Under the pieces are notes generated by a model. It had not been told where the DNA came from. It saw nothing but the letters and a program-made list of their open reading frames with translations, and made no database searches. Positions 24,250-38,340 of a stretch of 64,000 nt of DNA are shown piece after piece. Source of the stretch: Nageia nagi (Eukaryota; Plantae; Pinophyta); NCBI GenBank assembly GCA_050084985.1, contig JBITNC010000002.1:11160001-11224000 (forward strand), given 5' to 3'. The position numbers were made by a program, and so were the translations under genes. Each line of letters opens with the position of its first letter. The stretch's first letter is position 1.

Positions 24250-25805
24250 TATGTACACTTGATACCCCCATAAACATATTGAATGTTGTCATCATTTGCA
24301 TTATCATCTTGTGAAATTTCAAGTTCAATGAAATCTATTGCTCTAGAGACTTCTACATTGTATGCTTTAGTATCTTTGATCCTCTTGGAGGCGATATGAG
24401 AGCCATATACCAAATGATTTCAATTGAATGTTGTACACAAAATATTTGTTTATCTTGGGATGCTAAAATAAATAGATCATATTCTTATCTATCCTCATAT
24501 TATAATATGCTCATGTTGATCATTGTGAAATCCATTTCATAAATTTTGCATCTTATAATCTTCTTATCAAGAACATTCACCCACTCATATTTGAATAGGG
24601 GTATTGAAACAAAAAATAATTAAACAAAATTATTTCTTTAATAACATCATAATATGTGATTATTTCAAGCACCATATTTGCATCTTTTGTGCTTGATATA
24701 TACCCAACAATTGCATCAACACACACACCATTGTGTTGAGTTGTTCTTTGTTCCTATATGTATTTGGTATTAAATATATAATTATTGATTAACTAGCCTA
24801 AAAACTTGGTTGCAGATTGACTCAAACCATGCGCCAACCATTCTATTGTATTATAGTCATCATCATTATGTTTTTTTCCATCTCCATGAAACTAAAATAA
24901 AGAAAAATAGTTTGAAGATGATTGCAGAATATTGTATGACAATCGTATAAATATCGATGATTGTATTAAAAAAAGTACAATAAACTAATCTTGTAACCAA
25001 AGGATGAATTTTTTAATATGATTTTTTGCAACCTTATTTCATCTCTCACTACATGAGGGTTGGATTCCTTGATAATTATTATGCTTCTTGATTTGGTGTA
25101 AAGTTTATCAAGCATAGTTTGATATAAATAATATTTGACCATATATGATATCAACAAATAAACACAATTTACTTTACGCAAGGCTAAACTTCATCCATGT
25201 TAAGGAGAACGTAATGATGGGTTTTGTCGAGAGAAATTTGGTCTAAATTAAAGAATTTGCTAGTGGATGTTAGACTTTCATCAACTATTATTTCTTCTTC
25301 TATATCACTCGATCCCTACCTCATTACGACTGATTGCTTCTATATGTCTCATGTAATTTGAACAAAATGAAATAGATTCCTTGATGAGATACCATTCGAT
25401 AATAATACCTTTGGGCCTAGCTTGATCCCTTACATAACCCTTAAAACATTTCATAATTTTGAGAAAGATAATAAACATTTTTGTTTCAATGAGATATTGT
25501 ACAAAACTTAAAAAAATGGTGGTTTATGAAATTGATGAATACATACAAACCACTTGAAAGGGTACATCCATCGATATTGTACAAGTCCACAATGATGTAC
25601 CTCCTACACCAAGTGTATTATTATTTACACCATGATATCAAAAATGAAGGGGGGAAGTACTTGTTAAGAAAACATAAATTTTCCTTGACCTATTTATCTA
25701 ATCTCTCCATTTCCAAGAGATTCATCACTTAGAACATATATCCATATAGAACATGCACAACTTACAATGTTTTTTTTGCACTGGCTTATCAAGTACATGT
25801 CAAAG
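24250..25805 (-). pseudogene. CACTA/En-Spm TnpD transposase, C-terminal part (DUF4218/DUF4216-like), decayed
   Basis: Minus strand KYFPPSF..HLV.EV..CGLVQYRWMYPF; the frame continues from 42287 across the CAAAG TSD (LLPVAL|.HVLDKPVQKNIV). Confidence 0.85.
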
Positions 25806-26667
25806 TGTAAAGATCCAATTATAAACTCAAGTGCAAATTAGCAAATTCAATTAAGCAAACATCCACGTTTGGTCTAGAAGTGCAAATACAAGCTTCAACT
25901 ACCTCACAATGCCAATGTTAGGGTTAGGGAATCAATTACATACTTACATAATACAATAATGCCAACATTTGGCTCATACATGCATCAATGGAAAATTACA
26001 CCACAATGTTGCAATAGTAAAGCAAACATGAGAAAAATATAGTGATCCAATGCCCAATGACTATATATAAGATAAATGATGATCAATAATACAATATTAA
26101 GCCCCTAATTCTAGTTGTTGGTCTCTAAGGAGCCAACTAGAGTACAATGTGTATCTCACTATTGGACAAACAAATGGTGAATGGGACAGTCTTGCTCCCT
26201 CACAACCTAAATCCTCTCCATTGAAGGAGCCCTCCTCAAATCTTAGAAACCACTAAAGTTAAAGCTCAACCTCAGAATACCACCAAATGGGCTAGGGTAC
26301 TACACCAAAGTTATAGACTAATAGGATCCCTCAACCTATTAATCCTCCTAGATGTTGCACTTAGGGGTTTGCTTAGCATTGTGCTAAGACTCTTATCCTT
26401 TGAATAGTATCAAAGATAATAATAATAATAAAGTATATATAGTAATGAGGCTCCAAGGGCTAATATAGTGTTCCTAGGTCTAGATATCACCTTAATGTCA
26501 TCACCCAGTCCTCTCATGCCCCAATGTTGACACCTAGGAGTCAATTAGGGCTCAGTGCGGGTATATATACCTCTCTCATACTCCATGTGGGTCCTGGGAT
26601 GCATGTGTGGGTTTAGGAGGTATGCATGGGCATTTAGGGGGTCAACGTGAGTGTCATGGGACAACAT

Positions 26668-29600
26668 TGTTGGAATGTATAATGTAATATTGTAAAGGTT
26701 TGTATTAATCATTTTTGTAAATTCACTAATACTTAAGGACATAATTAGATACCTTAAGTATTTAAGTGAATATAATAATGTAACTTGTCTTACACTCCAT
26801 GTCATGAGCATGCCCCTTGGGTAAAAGGGAGTGCACGTCATGCATTTGTACATTAAGTAAAAGGGTGATCCAAAGAGGGAAGGCTCCCTCTTTGTTATCA
26901 CACACCAATTTGTGGAGTAAAGTTATGCTATAGGATAGTGTTTAGGAGAAAAGTTTAGGAGGATTGTAAGAGTTCATATTGGTGAATGAAGTGAGATCTA
27001 GTTAGTGGATGTACTCCTAGTTGGAGGAACCACTTACATCTTGTGTTATATTGTGAGATTGCTTTATGAGTTATTTAGATGTGTTTGTGAGCTTTCAAGA
27101 GATCTTGGTTGTTTAGAAATTATATTGTTAGTGTTAGTTCCTTCAAATTGGCATTAGAGCATGTTGGAAGCTCCTCTACACATCCTTAGTGTGGAAGCCA
27201 TCCTTCTTGGTGTGGAAGATCTTCTTCTACAACTTGGTGATCTTCATTCCTCATTTCATTGTTGAGGTAAAACTAAGAGAAGGTATAACCTCCTTCATAT
27301 AATCTCCTTTTTTTGGCTTATTTTACTAATGACACCAACACATCTTGAATTATGTGTTAGCCTTTTTGTTGTTTGCAAAATATGGCTAAATTTTTTTTTT
27401 ACTAACCTCTAGTGAGCATGTTATTTTTTTTTTAAAGGAGGTCAGTATATAAAAATAGCAATGTTATAAGCCATTTATTAAAAAAGGTGCATCTTTTTTC
27501 TTAAAATTATATGAAATACCTTTTTTGCTATAAAATAGCTATTATAAGCTTTGTAATTAAAATATGCTATTACAATTTGCAATACGAAAAAAAACTTGTA
27601 AAAGCAATATTTTTTTAATAAAGCTGATAAGAACTTAGATTTTTTTTTTTAATTATTTGGTAGCTTGATTCCTTTTGAAAAGTGACGTTGGCTTGATTGA
27701 AAAAGATTGGCCAATCTCCTTTCTTCTCCTCCTGATGGCAGAGGAGACCTCCAAGTGGAGGACTTATTGAGACCTCCTCGGGGGCTACCTTCTCACCTCT
27801 ATTGTAGACTTCCTTTCAAACTTCAAGAAATACAATCAGTTTCAAGTCTAGCTGAAGCCTCCTTAGTAGGAGGACCAATCTTGTGAGCCCACAAGAAGTG
27901 GACCCTCTACAATCTCCTCATAGATGTCCATAGACTTTTTGAGGGATTGGAACACACAACTTCTCTTTTCAAGTGCGAGTGAGCTTGCTAGTAGGGCCCC
28001 CTCCAAGATGATTTTTTCTTTCTTGCATGGCCCTGGCTCTCCTTAAATTTAGGTGCTTGCTATGTGGAGGGTGGATTAGTGAACTAATTTGACTCTGCCT
28101 ACTATCATCTCAAATTTTGTTTGAAGGGCCCTCGTAGCCTAACGTCTTTTTTTTCACTCCAAGGGCATTCTAGTGGTGCGAGTGCCAATTTTGGTTTCCT
28201 CCTTAAAAGCCTCACATGCTCCTATGGTCGCACATCTTTTTGTTCTTTGCTTTTAAATCTCTCTTTCCTAAGCGATCATAATTTTTTCCTTTTTTATTAT
28301 TATTCTCTCAAACCTTGACCTCCCCAAATCCAATAGTTGTTGGGCATTTAATTCTTTTCCCTTTGCTTGCAAGCCTTCTAGAAGTAATCGTATACTTCTT
28401 TGGTAGGCATTTATTTTTTGCTTGCAAGCCATCTCTTTTATGCACTTATACTCCAAATTCAATGCATTGTCATGATTACAATACTTTAGAGTAAATATAT
28501 GTATCATTACTCTTACAAGCTATCCCACTTTTTTGGAAAAATGTGGCACATGAAGGTAGTCATTTTTAGGAGTATAATTTTTTTATTATTTGCCTTAAAT
28601 AATATACTTCTAAGTATGATAATTTACTTAGACAAAATTATAAACTTGACACTTTAAGGTAATTTATTACCTAAGTATCTTTTGATTTTATGTTGGCTAA
28701 GTGGAGGAATGCCATTTTATATTAGCAATTTTTTTTTAAGAAAAATGAGGAATTGTTAGCATGCAATTTTTTTTTTTCTTTTCCTTAGTCAAAAATTGCT
28801 AAGGTAAACTAGTATGCTATCTTTAAGAGATAAATATTTAAGTCAAAGAAGGGGGAATTTTATATAAATTCTTATTTAAATTTTATCTATGCATACTAAA
28901 TCCTTTTCATTTAATAATACATACTTCTTATGTTAAAATAAATGATGCATGCTTAGGACTTAATTTTTTTTAAGGCATGCTTAGTTAATAAATGCATGCT
29001 CATTACTTAAAGATAAAAGATGTATGCTCCTTACATTTTTAAGAATGATGGATGCCTACTTAAGTTATGGATTGATGAATGCCATTTTTTCTTTTTACAA
29101 GTTAACTAAATTGATGCTTATGCCTAAGTATTTATCTTTATGCAAAGTTAACTTATGGAAATTATAGAATTAATGCATGCTTATGTTTAAGTATTTATCA
29201 TTTTTTTCTTGCAAAGTTAACTTGTGCAAATTATGGACCTATGTAAAGATGTCCTTTAGGGGTTAGTAAACAAAACCCATTGGATTCTTAAGGTTCCAAG
29301 TTATGAATGGATGATGTTTTATTTATGCTCTTTATTTCATGCTTCGCATTTTGATATATTTATTTATGCAAATAAAAATGCAAATATTGAAATGAAAAAA
29401 CTTCTAAAATGAATACATCCACATGTACATTTCACAACATGACTTGTTTGGTGAGCCATGAGGTGAGGACAAGCGGACTGGAGCCTTTAAGTCCAACAAT
29501 CCAAATGGTAAAAAGTTTGTACTTTTCAATTGTACTTTTCACATTCTTGTGTAGTAAATAAGAGACTCCTTTTTATCCAAACACATTCTCGATGGTTCTA

Positions 29601-32600
29601 ACTTTAGAATTTGGGAACCATGAATGAAAGCTGAATTACAGGCAAGGAAGCTTTGGCAAATAGTGAATGAGAACCTTGTACCTCCTACATATGAGAAGAC
29701 ACTAGAGGCTTACAACATGAAGAATGAGTTGAAAACCTTCATGATTTTTTATGCAGTTTCAGATGATGTGCTCTTGATGATTTTCTCTTCAAACTCGATA
29801 AAGGAAGATTGGGATAAGCTTAAGCAAATATACCTTGGTTCAATGTTTTCAAGAAGGTTTACCATTCTCCAAAAGTTACTTCAATCTCATCAAGGGGAAG
29901 ATGAAAATGTTGCCATCTACTTGAATAAAATTATTGACCTTAGGATCTAACTTGTTGCTTTTGGGTGCAATTGGATCAATGATGAGTTCATGGTCTTTAT
30001 CATTCTTTAAAGCCTTTCTTCAAAGTTTAAAAACTTTGTGATGGTTCTGGAAATAAGGTTTGATGATGATGAAGAAGTATTTTCCCTTAAGAACCTTTCT
30101 AAGCTTCTTTTGAAACATGAGGAAACTCTTAACAAAAAAGTGTTGATTTCTTCTTCTAAGGATAATAATATTGCTCTTCGAGCAATCAAAACTATTTTTA
30201 AGAAGAAGTTCAACAATCAAAAGAAATCTTATCCTTTTTCCTCCAAAATATTTGAGAAAAGAGGAAATGACAACAATAGGAAGAACATCAATAGTAATAA
30301 GAATAACAATAACAACAACCACTTCAAACAAAAATATAGAAAAGGAAACAATCCAAATCCTAAGGCAAAGTTTGATGGAAATTACAACTATTGTGGCATC
30401 CAAGGTCACAAAGAAGTTGATTGCTACAAAAAAAAGAGAGAAAAAGAACAAAGGTAATGGAAATGTAAATAACTTCAAAGGAAAGAAGAATATTCAAGCT
30501 AATTTTGCTATGGTGCTCTACTCCATGTCTTGCACTTTTTCATGTGATTGGATTATTGACTCTGGTTGCACTAATCACCTATGTTTCAAAAGGAAAAATT
30601 TTGAGAACTTTCACAGGTATAGAAAAGATGCAGTTGTGATAGGTGATAACTCTATCCTTGAAGTATAAGGAATTGGGAGTGTGTTGATTCATGGGAAGGT
30701 TCTTAAAAACATTCTCTATGTTCCTAAGCTTAGGATGAACCTTCTCTCCATGATTCAAGTTTCAAGGAAAGGGTACTCTTTTAAGTTCGATTCTCAATCC
30801 TAGTGCATTAAGAAAGGACTTGCCACATTGGTTAAAGGGTCAGTGAAAGATGATCTTTATGTTATGGATCAAGTTCCAAAAAAATATGTGTCTTGCTACA
30901 AAAGTATGTTATAGAGGCAATTTTTGGCACCAATGTTTAGGGAACCTTAACTACAAGACTATTCAAATCATGAAAGACCAAGGACTTGTGAAAGGTTTGC
31001 CTTCAATTTCACCTTCAATTGGTCTATGTGAGAAGTGCATCCTTGGAAAGATGTCATACATTCAAAAAAGATAAGGCAACAAGAGCATCTCAACCTCTTC
31101 AACTTGTGCATTCAGATTTGATAGGTTGGTTTCAAACTAAGTTGCTTAGGGAAGAATCTTATGTCTTGACCTTCATCGATGACTTCAATAGGATGAATTT
31201 TGGCTATCTACTTGAGCACAAGGATCAAACCTTTGAGAGTTTCAAGAATTTTAAGGTCTTAGTTGAAAATCAGACTAACCTTAAAATCAAGATGTTGAGA
31301 TTAGATAATGGAGGAGAATATGATAGTAATGGGTTCAATGTATATTGTGCTAAGTATGGAATCAAGATGCAATTTACAATTTCTTCCACTCCTTAGCAGA
31401 ACAATGTTGCTAAAAGGAAAAATAAGATAATTATGGAGATGGCTAGATGCATGTTGGGTAATCTTTCTAGTTTCTTATGGGGTGAAGCTATGAGCTCTAC
31501 TATTTACACCTTAAATAGGTATCCCATAAAAGTTATTCAGGGTAAAACTCCTTTTAAGGCATGATCAGAAAAAAAACCTAACATTTCTCACCTTAGGGTG
31601 TTTGGTTATGAAGCATTCTCCTACATTATTTCTAAGAAAAGAAAAAATTGGATAAAAGAGCTAAAAAATGCATCTTTATGGGTTATGACAATCAACATAG
31701 AGGCTATAGGCTCTACTCTCCATTCTATAAAGTAGTGTTCATTTCAAGAGATGTCAAGTTCATTGAACTTTCTAAAGAATCTATTTCTAATGAGGATGTA
31801 GATGATCTTGAGGACTCTTTAGTTGCAACTAGCTAGTTGGATATTGATGTAGATAAGTCACCTCAAGAGCAAAATTCTCCAACACAAAGGGTTATAAGGA
31901 GTATGACCTTGAACAAATCTTTATTTTCCAATATTAGCAATAAGCATGAGCCCTCATCCTTCAAAGATGCTTCAAAGCATGAGTGCTGGATGGAAGCCAT
32001 GAAAATGGAGTATGAGGTGCTTATGAAAAATAAAACTTAGGACTTGGTTCCTTATCTCAATGAGAAAAATGTGATTGGTAATAAGTAGGTCTACAAGGTC
32101 AAGTATAATTCTATTGAGGATATTGAGAAATATAAGGCAAGGTTAGTATACAAAGGTTTTGCTCAAAAATACAATGTAGATTATGAGAAAACCTTTGCTC
32201 CCATGGCAAAGATGCTTACTGTGAGAATTATCCTTACTCTTTCTACAGCTCAAGCATGGAAAGTTTTTCAACTTAACGTCAAAAGTGCATTTCTCAATAG
32301 TGACTTAGATGTGAAAATATTCATGAATCAACCAAAAGGATTTATTATGGAAGGCAAAGAGTCCTTTGTGTGCAAGCTAAAGAAGTCTTTGTATGGACTT
32401 AAGCAAGCATCTAGTGCTTGGTACAGAAAGATTTCAGGTTACTTTACAGATATTAGATTCTCCAAGTATTTTTCTAACCCTGATTTATATGTGCTCAATT
32501 AAGGAAAAGATGTGGTCTTGATTCTCTTTTATGTGGATAATCTTTTGATAACTGGGAATAATGATGAAATCATTTAAGAGTGCATATCCAAACTTAAGGC

Positions 32601-35600
32601 AATGTTTGAAATGATTGATCTTGGTCTCTTGCACTACTATCTTGGAATGCAAGTGTATCAATACAAGGATTGTACTTATCTTAATCAATGTAAGTATATA
32701 TCAGACATATTGCAAAAGTTTAGAATGGAGAAGTGTAGATATATTGCAATCCCAATCTCTTTTGGAATCACTATTTCTCTGAGCTTTAACTCTTATTTGG
32801 TTGATGCCACATCTTATAGGCAATTTATTAGTAGTTTTTTGTATTTGACTATTTCTAGGTCAAATATTACCTTTACAATGAATCTAATGGCATGATTCAT
32901 GCAGAAACTATATGTTGAGCACTTTAATGCTGTTAAGCAAATCTTAAGGTATGTTGCAAGGATCTTGCTCTCAAGTATTTTAAGTTTCCCTTGTTTGTTC
33001 TCTCAAGGTTCTTAGATTTTGAAAGGAAATAGGAAAAACTTATATTGATACAATGAGACATGCCTATAAATAGGCATTTACAAGAACGAATACCCTAGCA
33101 AGCTTAACTAACTCTAACACCCCCCTTTAAGCAAGGCTAGGAGGTAGTAGACATAAGCAAACTAGTACAATATGGGTCCCGACAACAAGGCCTGATGAGG
33201 TACCCATTAACAAAATGAATCAAGCACAAAGAAGTTGTAGAGCGACCAAAGATAACGAACATGTGCAACTGAAGAACAAAGAACCTACTACAAAAGCTGG
33301 ATCAAAGAGTCACTACTCGATCAACACAAACAAAGAGAGTCCCTCAACCTGAAATTAGGGCACAAACTTTTCTTTGAAGAGCTTGTTGATGATGCAAAAG
33401 GCACACCAAATGGTACCTAGAACCCATTAACACTGTACCAAAAATGGTACAAGGATCCATGAAGGAAGTCGATGTCGAACTCAAGAACACTGTCGAAGAA
33501 GATGGATCACCAAAACTCATTGTGCCAAGATTCAACACGATGAAGATAATACAACACGATGAAGAGGAACTGCAGAGTACGAGCAACCAAGAGAAAGGGT
33601 GTGCAAAATAAGGCACACTCGCATGAAGGTAGACAAGGTTGTGACCATGACACAACAAACCCCCCATGGCACTTTATAATTCAATGCAAGTACAATGAGC
33701 TCCAAAACAACATAAATAGAAACTAATACAAATAGAAGTCCTCCCAACTGAAACAGGAAGTAATCCCCCATGAAAGATGTTAATGACCACACAACTTAAC
33801 AAAGAACAAGTCCACTAACTACGACTGTCAAAAAATCGACGGGAGCATGAGGAATGATAATGCAGTACTAAACATCAACCAAAGTGATGTTGAACAAAAG
33901 TTCAAGACTACAATAAGGTTTGATCCTCATGATGTGTCTCCTAGGAACCTATCAAAACAAAGTTGTAAATAAAGCCCCCCCTTAAAATTTGCCTTTATAA
34001 ATTAGGCTTACAACCAATTTCATCAAAAACTATTCGAAGTCTACTCCACAATGCAAAAAACGGCACTCAAAATGAAGTCCGTTTGTAAAAGTTATGGAAT
34101 TAATTCATTTTGGAGCAAAAATTAAATTTTTAATGCCCAAAACATTAGAAAAATTTAATTAAATTTTAAATGGCAGAACTTCAAAACGTGATTATCGGTT
34201 GATGGGGAAGGCAAAATGGGTCATGCAGCTACTCAAAATGATTGGAATGGAATGAGGAACATCATGAAAGTGTCCATTCCAAAAAATGAGCCCCGATGAA
34301 AGCACAATCTTGAAAAACATGATTGTTACACAAGCTGCCCCAATTAAATTCGAAATTGCTGGGGGTTCAATTCTTCTGACCTTCACAACTTCTTCAATTG
34401 TCCTCCAAATCAAGCGAAACAAAAAGCAAAAAGGTGTAGCTCGATGATGGGTATCCAAATTTAATATCAAAATTAAATTTGGTTGACAAAAATGTGAAAA
34501 AAACATGACTGTCATTTTTATGACGTTTTTGAGGAACTGCTGATAAAAATCTTCAAGCAAATCATAAAATGATGTGGAAGAAATGAGGAATCCAGATGTG
34601 CTGATAGAATGATGATTGGACCTCAGATGCACCGGTTATGGCCCAAAAACCATCAAAAATAAAAATTACCAAAATTAAATGCCAAAAAATGATAAATAGG
34701 CAGTCCAATCAGCAAGGAAAAATTAGTCAACAGCAAAGAGGCATGCACCATGAAAGGAAATAAGTCAGCATGTCCAACCCTTAAAGAGCGGCACGAGCCC
34801 AACATGCAGCATGAAGGGAGGTCAACTAGCGACCTGCCACGGAGCGGTAAGGACAGAGCAGTGGCAGGGAACGTGAAGTAGAAGAACAGCCACGCAGGAA
34901 AAGCTAAGAAATAGGCAATCCGAGTGGAAGGGCGACGACGACCACCATCAGGCTACGCTAACCCGTGAACGACGATGTGCAGGGAACCATGCAGAAGTTG
35001 ACAGGGATAAAATGCGTGAAGTTAACGACGTGCAACGCATGACACGCAACGCATGAGGTGGATGCGCAATGCAGGAAAATGATGAAGCAGCTGTAGCCAT
35101 CGTGGGGAGGAGCAGAAGGCAATTGGAGGGCAAGCTAGCGGTGTAAGGGGGCTGACAATGAAGCAGCAGACTGGAGGGCCACCAGCAGGGTTGCACAGGA
35201 GCCGAGTGAAGGATGCACGGCCAGATCTGGTCGTATTTGCAGTCAACGGTGGTCGGTAAAAAATGCGAGGCCTATGCAATGAAGCGGTGACGCAGGGCAG
35301 CAACGACAAAGGCAGGGAGATGAGCCTCATGCAAACGTTCCCAGGCCAAAGGTGTCGGCTGTGAAAGATGTGAGAAAAAAACTCAAACGCAGGGAGTGGG
35401 GATCCTGAACCCACAGGCCGAAAAACCACTCATGCATGCAGATCCATCAAGATAAGGATGCGCGAGAGAGAACCCAACTCTGAAATCTGATGCCAACTCT
35501 GAAATTCGATGCCAAAGACTCCAAGACTGAATGCTTACAATGGTAGATCTTCAAAACAATGGAAGAGGACTACGCACATGGTGAATGACACCCACAAACT

Positions 35601-37695
35601 AGGCATTTTCAAGAGAGATGCCCATAAACAGGTACTACCTACCACACATCAAAAAGCAACAAAAAAAAATGGAGATGAGGGGGGGATTGGCGTAAAGAGG
35701 CCAATCCCCCTCACAGATTTGCTGATCAAATTGAGGGAGATTTAGAGGTCGACCTGCTCTGATACCATGAAAGGAAATAGGAAAAACTTATATTGATACA
35801 ATGAGACATGCCTATAAATAGGCATTTACAAGAACGAATACCATGGTTTGAGCACATGGTATTGTGCACATGGTTTTACAAAACAATGGTAAACATTAAA
35901 TGATCGTAAACATTCAATGACCGTAAATATTAAATGATAACTAACTTAGGGACTCTAAAGTTAGATACCCTAGCAAGCTTAACTAACTCTAACAGATTTT
36001 GATTATAAAGGAGATAGAGATGATAGAAAATCAATATCTACGTATATTTTTAGCATTGGTTCAAGTGCTATCTCTTAGGCTTCCAAGAAGTAGCCTACTA
36101 TTTGTCTTTCCATCATAGAAGCCAAATACCGAGCCATGTTTTTTGTAATCTAGGAAGCTATTTGGCTAAGGCATCTTATGAAAAAAATTGGATATGAGCA
36201 ACCTAGCTCATCTTTGATTTTTTCAAATAATTAGTCAACTATTTCTTTGGCTAAAAATTCTGTGTTCCATCAAAGAACAAAACATGTGGAAATATAGGCC
36301 CATTTTATCAAGGAGAAGGTTCTTGATGTCATCATACACTTGGAGTATTGTCATTAACCTTAAACTCCATTGACTTGTTCACCAAGCCCCTTCTTGAAGC
36401 TCAGTTTTGTAAGATTAAAGATGTTATTAGGTTGGTGAAATTGCCCTTAAGGGGGAGTGAAGTTTGAATTCTTATTTATGATGAAAACTTCACCCCTAAG
36501 AGGACTTTCTACTATATAGTGTTGATTTTATTATGCACCTTCATGGTAAGTTCGCTCTATGTGAGGAACTTGTACAAATTTTTAAAATAAAAAGATTAGC
36601 CAATCTAGCATTGTTCAGTTATCCATGTGTGAGGAACTCGTATGTGTCTTTTAACATTGTTTAGTTATCCATATGTGAGGAACTTGTATGTGCATTTTGT
36701 TTTTCTCTAATTTTTGAATGTTAATCAACACGTGTTTTATATATAGTAGGTGACTATGAGTTTTTATCCTGGCATCTTTGTGATGACTTATAGTGCACCA
36801 TTGATTATTTTTTGATAACATTGTTTGATACATCTATCCTTGTTGATATGATCATGTTGCATCTAATTGATCTTATTATCTAAGCTTCTTTTGACTTGTA
36901 GGTTCTCTTAAGATTGTAGGTTACTCACTTCAGGTGTGCAGGCTCTTGGAGACTCTTTATGACTTTCATTTGGATGATTACTTTATGTACATTGAAATTG
37001 ATTATGGTTAATGATTGTATTGTAAACCATTTATTAAGATGATAAAGTAGTGAGTCTTAAAATATATCTTGCTTACTTCGTAAATATGTAAAATATTCTC
37101 ATCTCCAATTGTATCTATTTGGAAGAGAACTCTCTTACTCTCTCTTCTTCTTCTCTTTTATTCATTCTATCCCAATATTGCATTAAAAGGGAGTGTTGAA
37201 ATGTATAATGCATTATTGTAAAGGTTTGTATTAATCCTCTTTGAAAATTCATTAATACTTAAAGGTATCATTAGATACCTTAAGTATTTAAGTGAATATG
37301 ATAATGTAACTTATCCTACACTCCATGTCATGAGCATGCCCCTTGGGTAAAAGGGAGTGCATGTCATGCCTTTGTACGTTAGGTAAAAAGGTGATACAAA
37401 GAGAGATTTTGGCCTATAAATAGAAGGCTCCCTCTCCCTCTTTGATATCACACACCAATTTATGGAGTAAATTTATGCTATAGGATAGTGTTCAGGAGAA
37501 AATTTTAGGAGGATTGTAAGAGTTCATATTGGTGAATGAAGTGAGATCTAGTTAGTGGATGTACTCCTAGTTGGAGGAACCACTTACATATTGTGTTATG
37601 TTGTGAGATTGCTTTATGAGTTATTTAGATGTGTTTGTGAGCTTTCAAGAGATCTTGGTTGTTTAGAAATTTTATTTTTAGTGTTAGTTCCTTCA
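26668..37695 (+). mobile_element. Ty1/Copia element, decayed gag-pol (~29590-36450), nested in the Gypsy LTR
   Basis: LTRs 26668-27145 and 37194-37695 (TG..CA); TSD AACAT/AACGT; PBS TGGCATTAGAGC at ~27149; PPT AAAAGGGAG at 37185-37193. Motifs: MKAELQARKLW, CGIQGHKEVDC, WIIDSGCTNH, LVHSDL..FIDDF..RLDNGGEY, FQLNVKSAFLN, LYGLKQA, YVDNL and RNase H STSxY..KHVEI. Confidence 0.95.
33020..35994 (-). mobile_element. Young non-autonomous, non-coding LTR retroelement (LARD/TRIM-like, 2975 bp) inserted in the Copia RNase H
   Basis: LTRs 33020-33119 (100 bp) and 35768-35994 (227 bp) are identical over their shared length. TSD GATTT; perfect PBS TGGTATCAGAGC (35756-35767); PPT AAAGGGGGGG (33120-33130 region). 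No gag/pol motifs found. Confidence 0.92.
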
Positions 37696-38340
37696 AACGT
37701 GGGGGTCTAGAAGTCTCCTCAAGACTAGTGCATGTATACATATGCTCATCCATCCACCTAGGTACTAAATAGACTTTGGGATTCCCATAATTATGTATTA
37801 AGATCTCTAAGTATATTAAAATACCTATTTTACACTTGGGAGGGCGATGTCCCACTTGGGGTTCACAGTGGGGTCCAATGACCCATTAAGTATTCTATCC
37901 CAAGTATTAACTTAAAGCATAATTAAATAATAAAATATAATATGAAGGGGAATCCATTGGATTCCATAATTAATTACAATAATGCAAGGGGGATGTCACA
38001 AAGCCTCCCCTCTCGAATTTCTTACCCTCAAGGAATGGTGGAAGGATGCAACATATTATCTTCTAAGAATTCTTCAACCTTGTAGATTGTAATTTGATAG
38101 AGTGGAATGCAACTTCAATATATCCTCTCCATGATGGAGGTCTTGTACAAAATGTGAGAGCTGTATTCTTATGCATCAACAATGCATGAAAAAAATTTGA
38201 TATGTCATGGCTATCACTCCCCATTAGGTACCACATGGTATTCTCAAGAGACATGGGGGTGTATGCATATGGAAGTCTCTGGGAGGGTGTACCTACAAAA
38301 ACCTTAAGTAAATCATAGGCGAGTATAAACATGTAGAGCT

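Noticed and set aside
33170-33210. CTGATGAG inside the hairpin ATGGGT..ACCCAT, suggesting a retrozyme hammerhead
   Set aside because: No stem II-GAAA-stem III follows, and it lies antisense to the element's transcription direction.
36445-36460. Purine tract AAGGGGGAG right after the Copia RNase H as the PPT/LTR start
   Set aside because: The sequence after it does not match the 5' LTR. The true 3' LTR begins at 37194 after a second tract.
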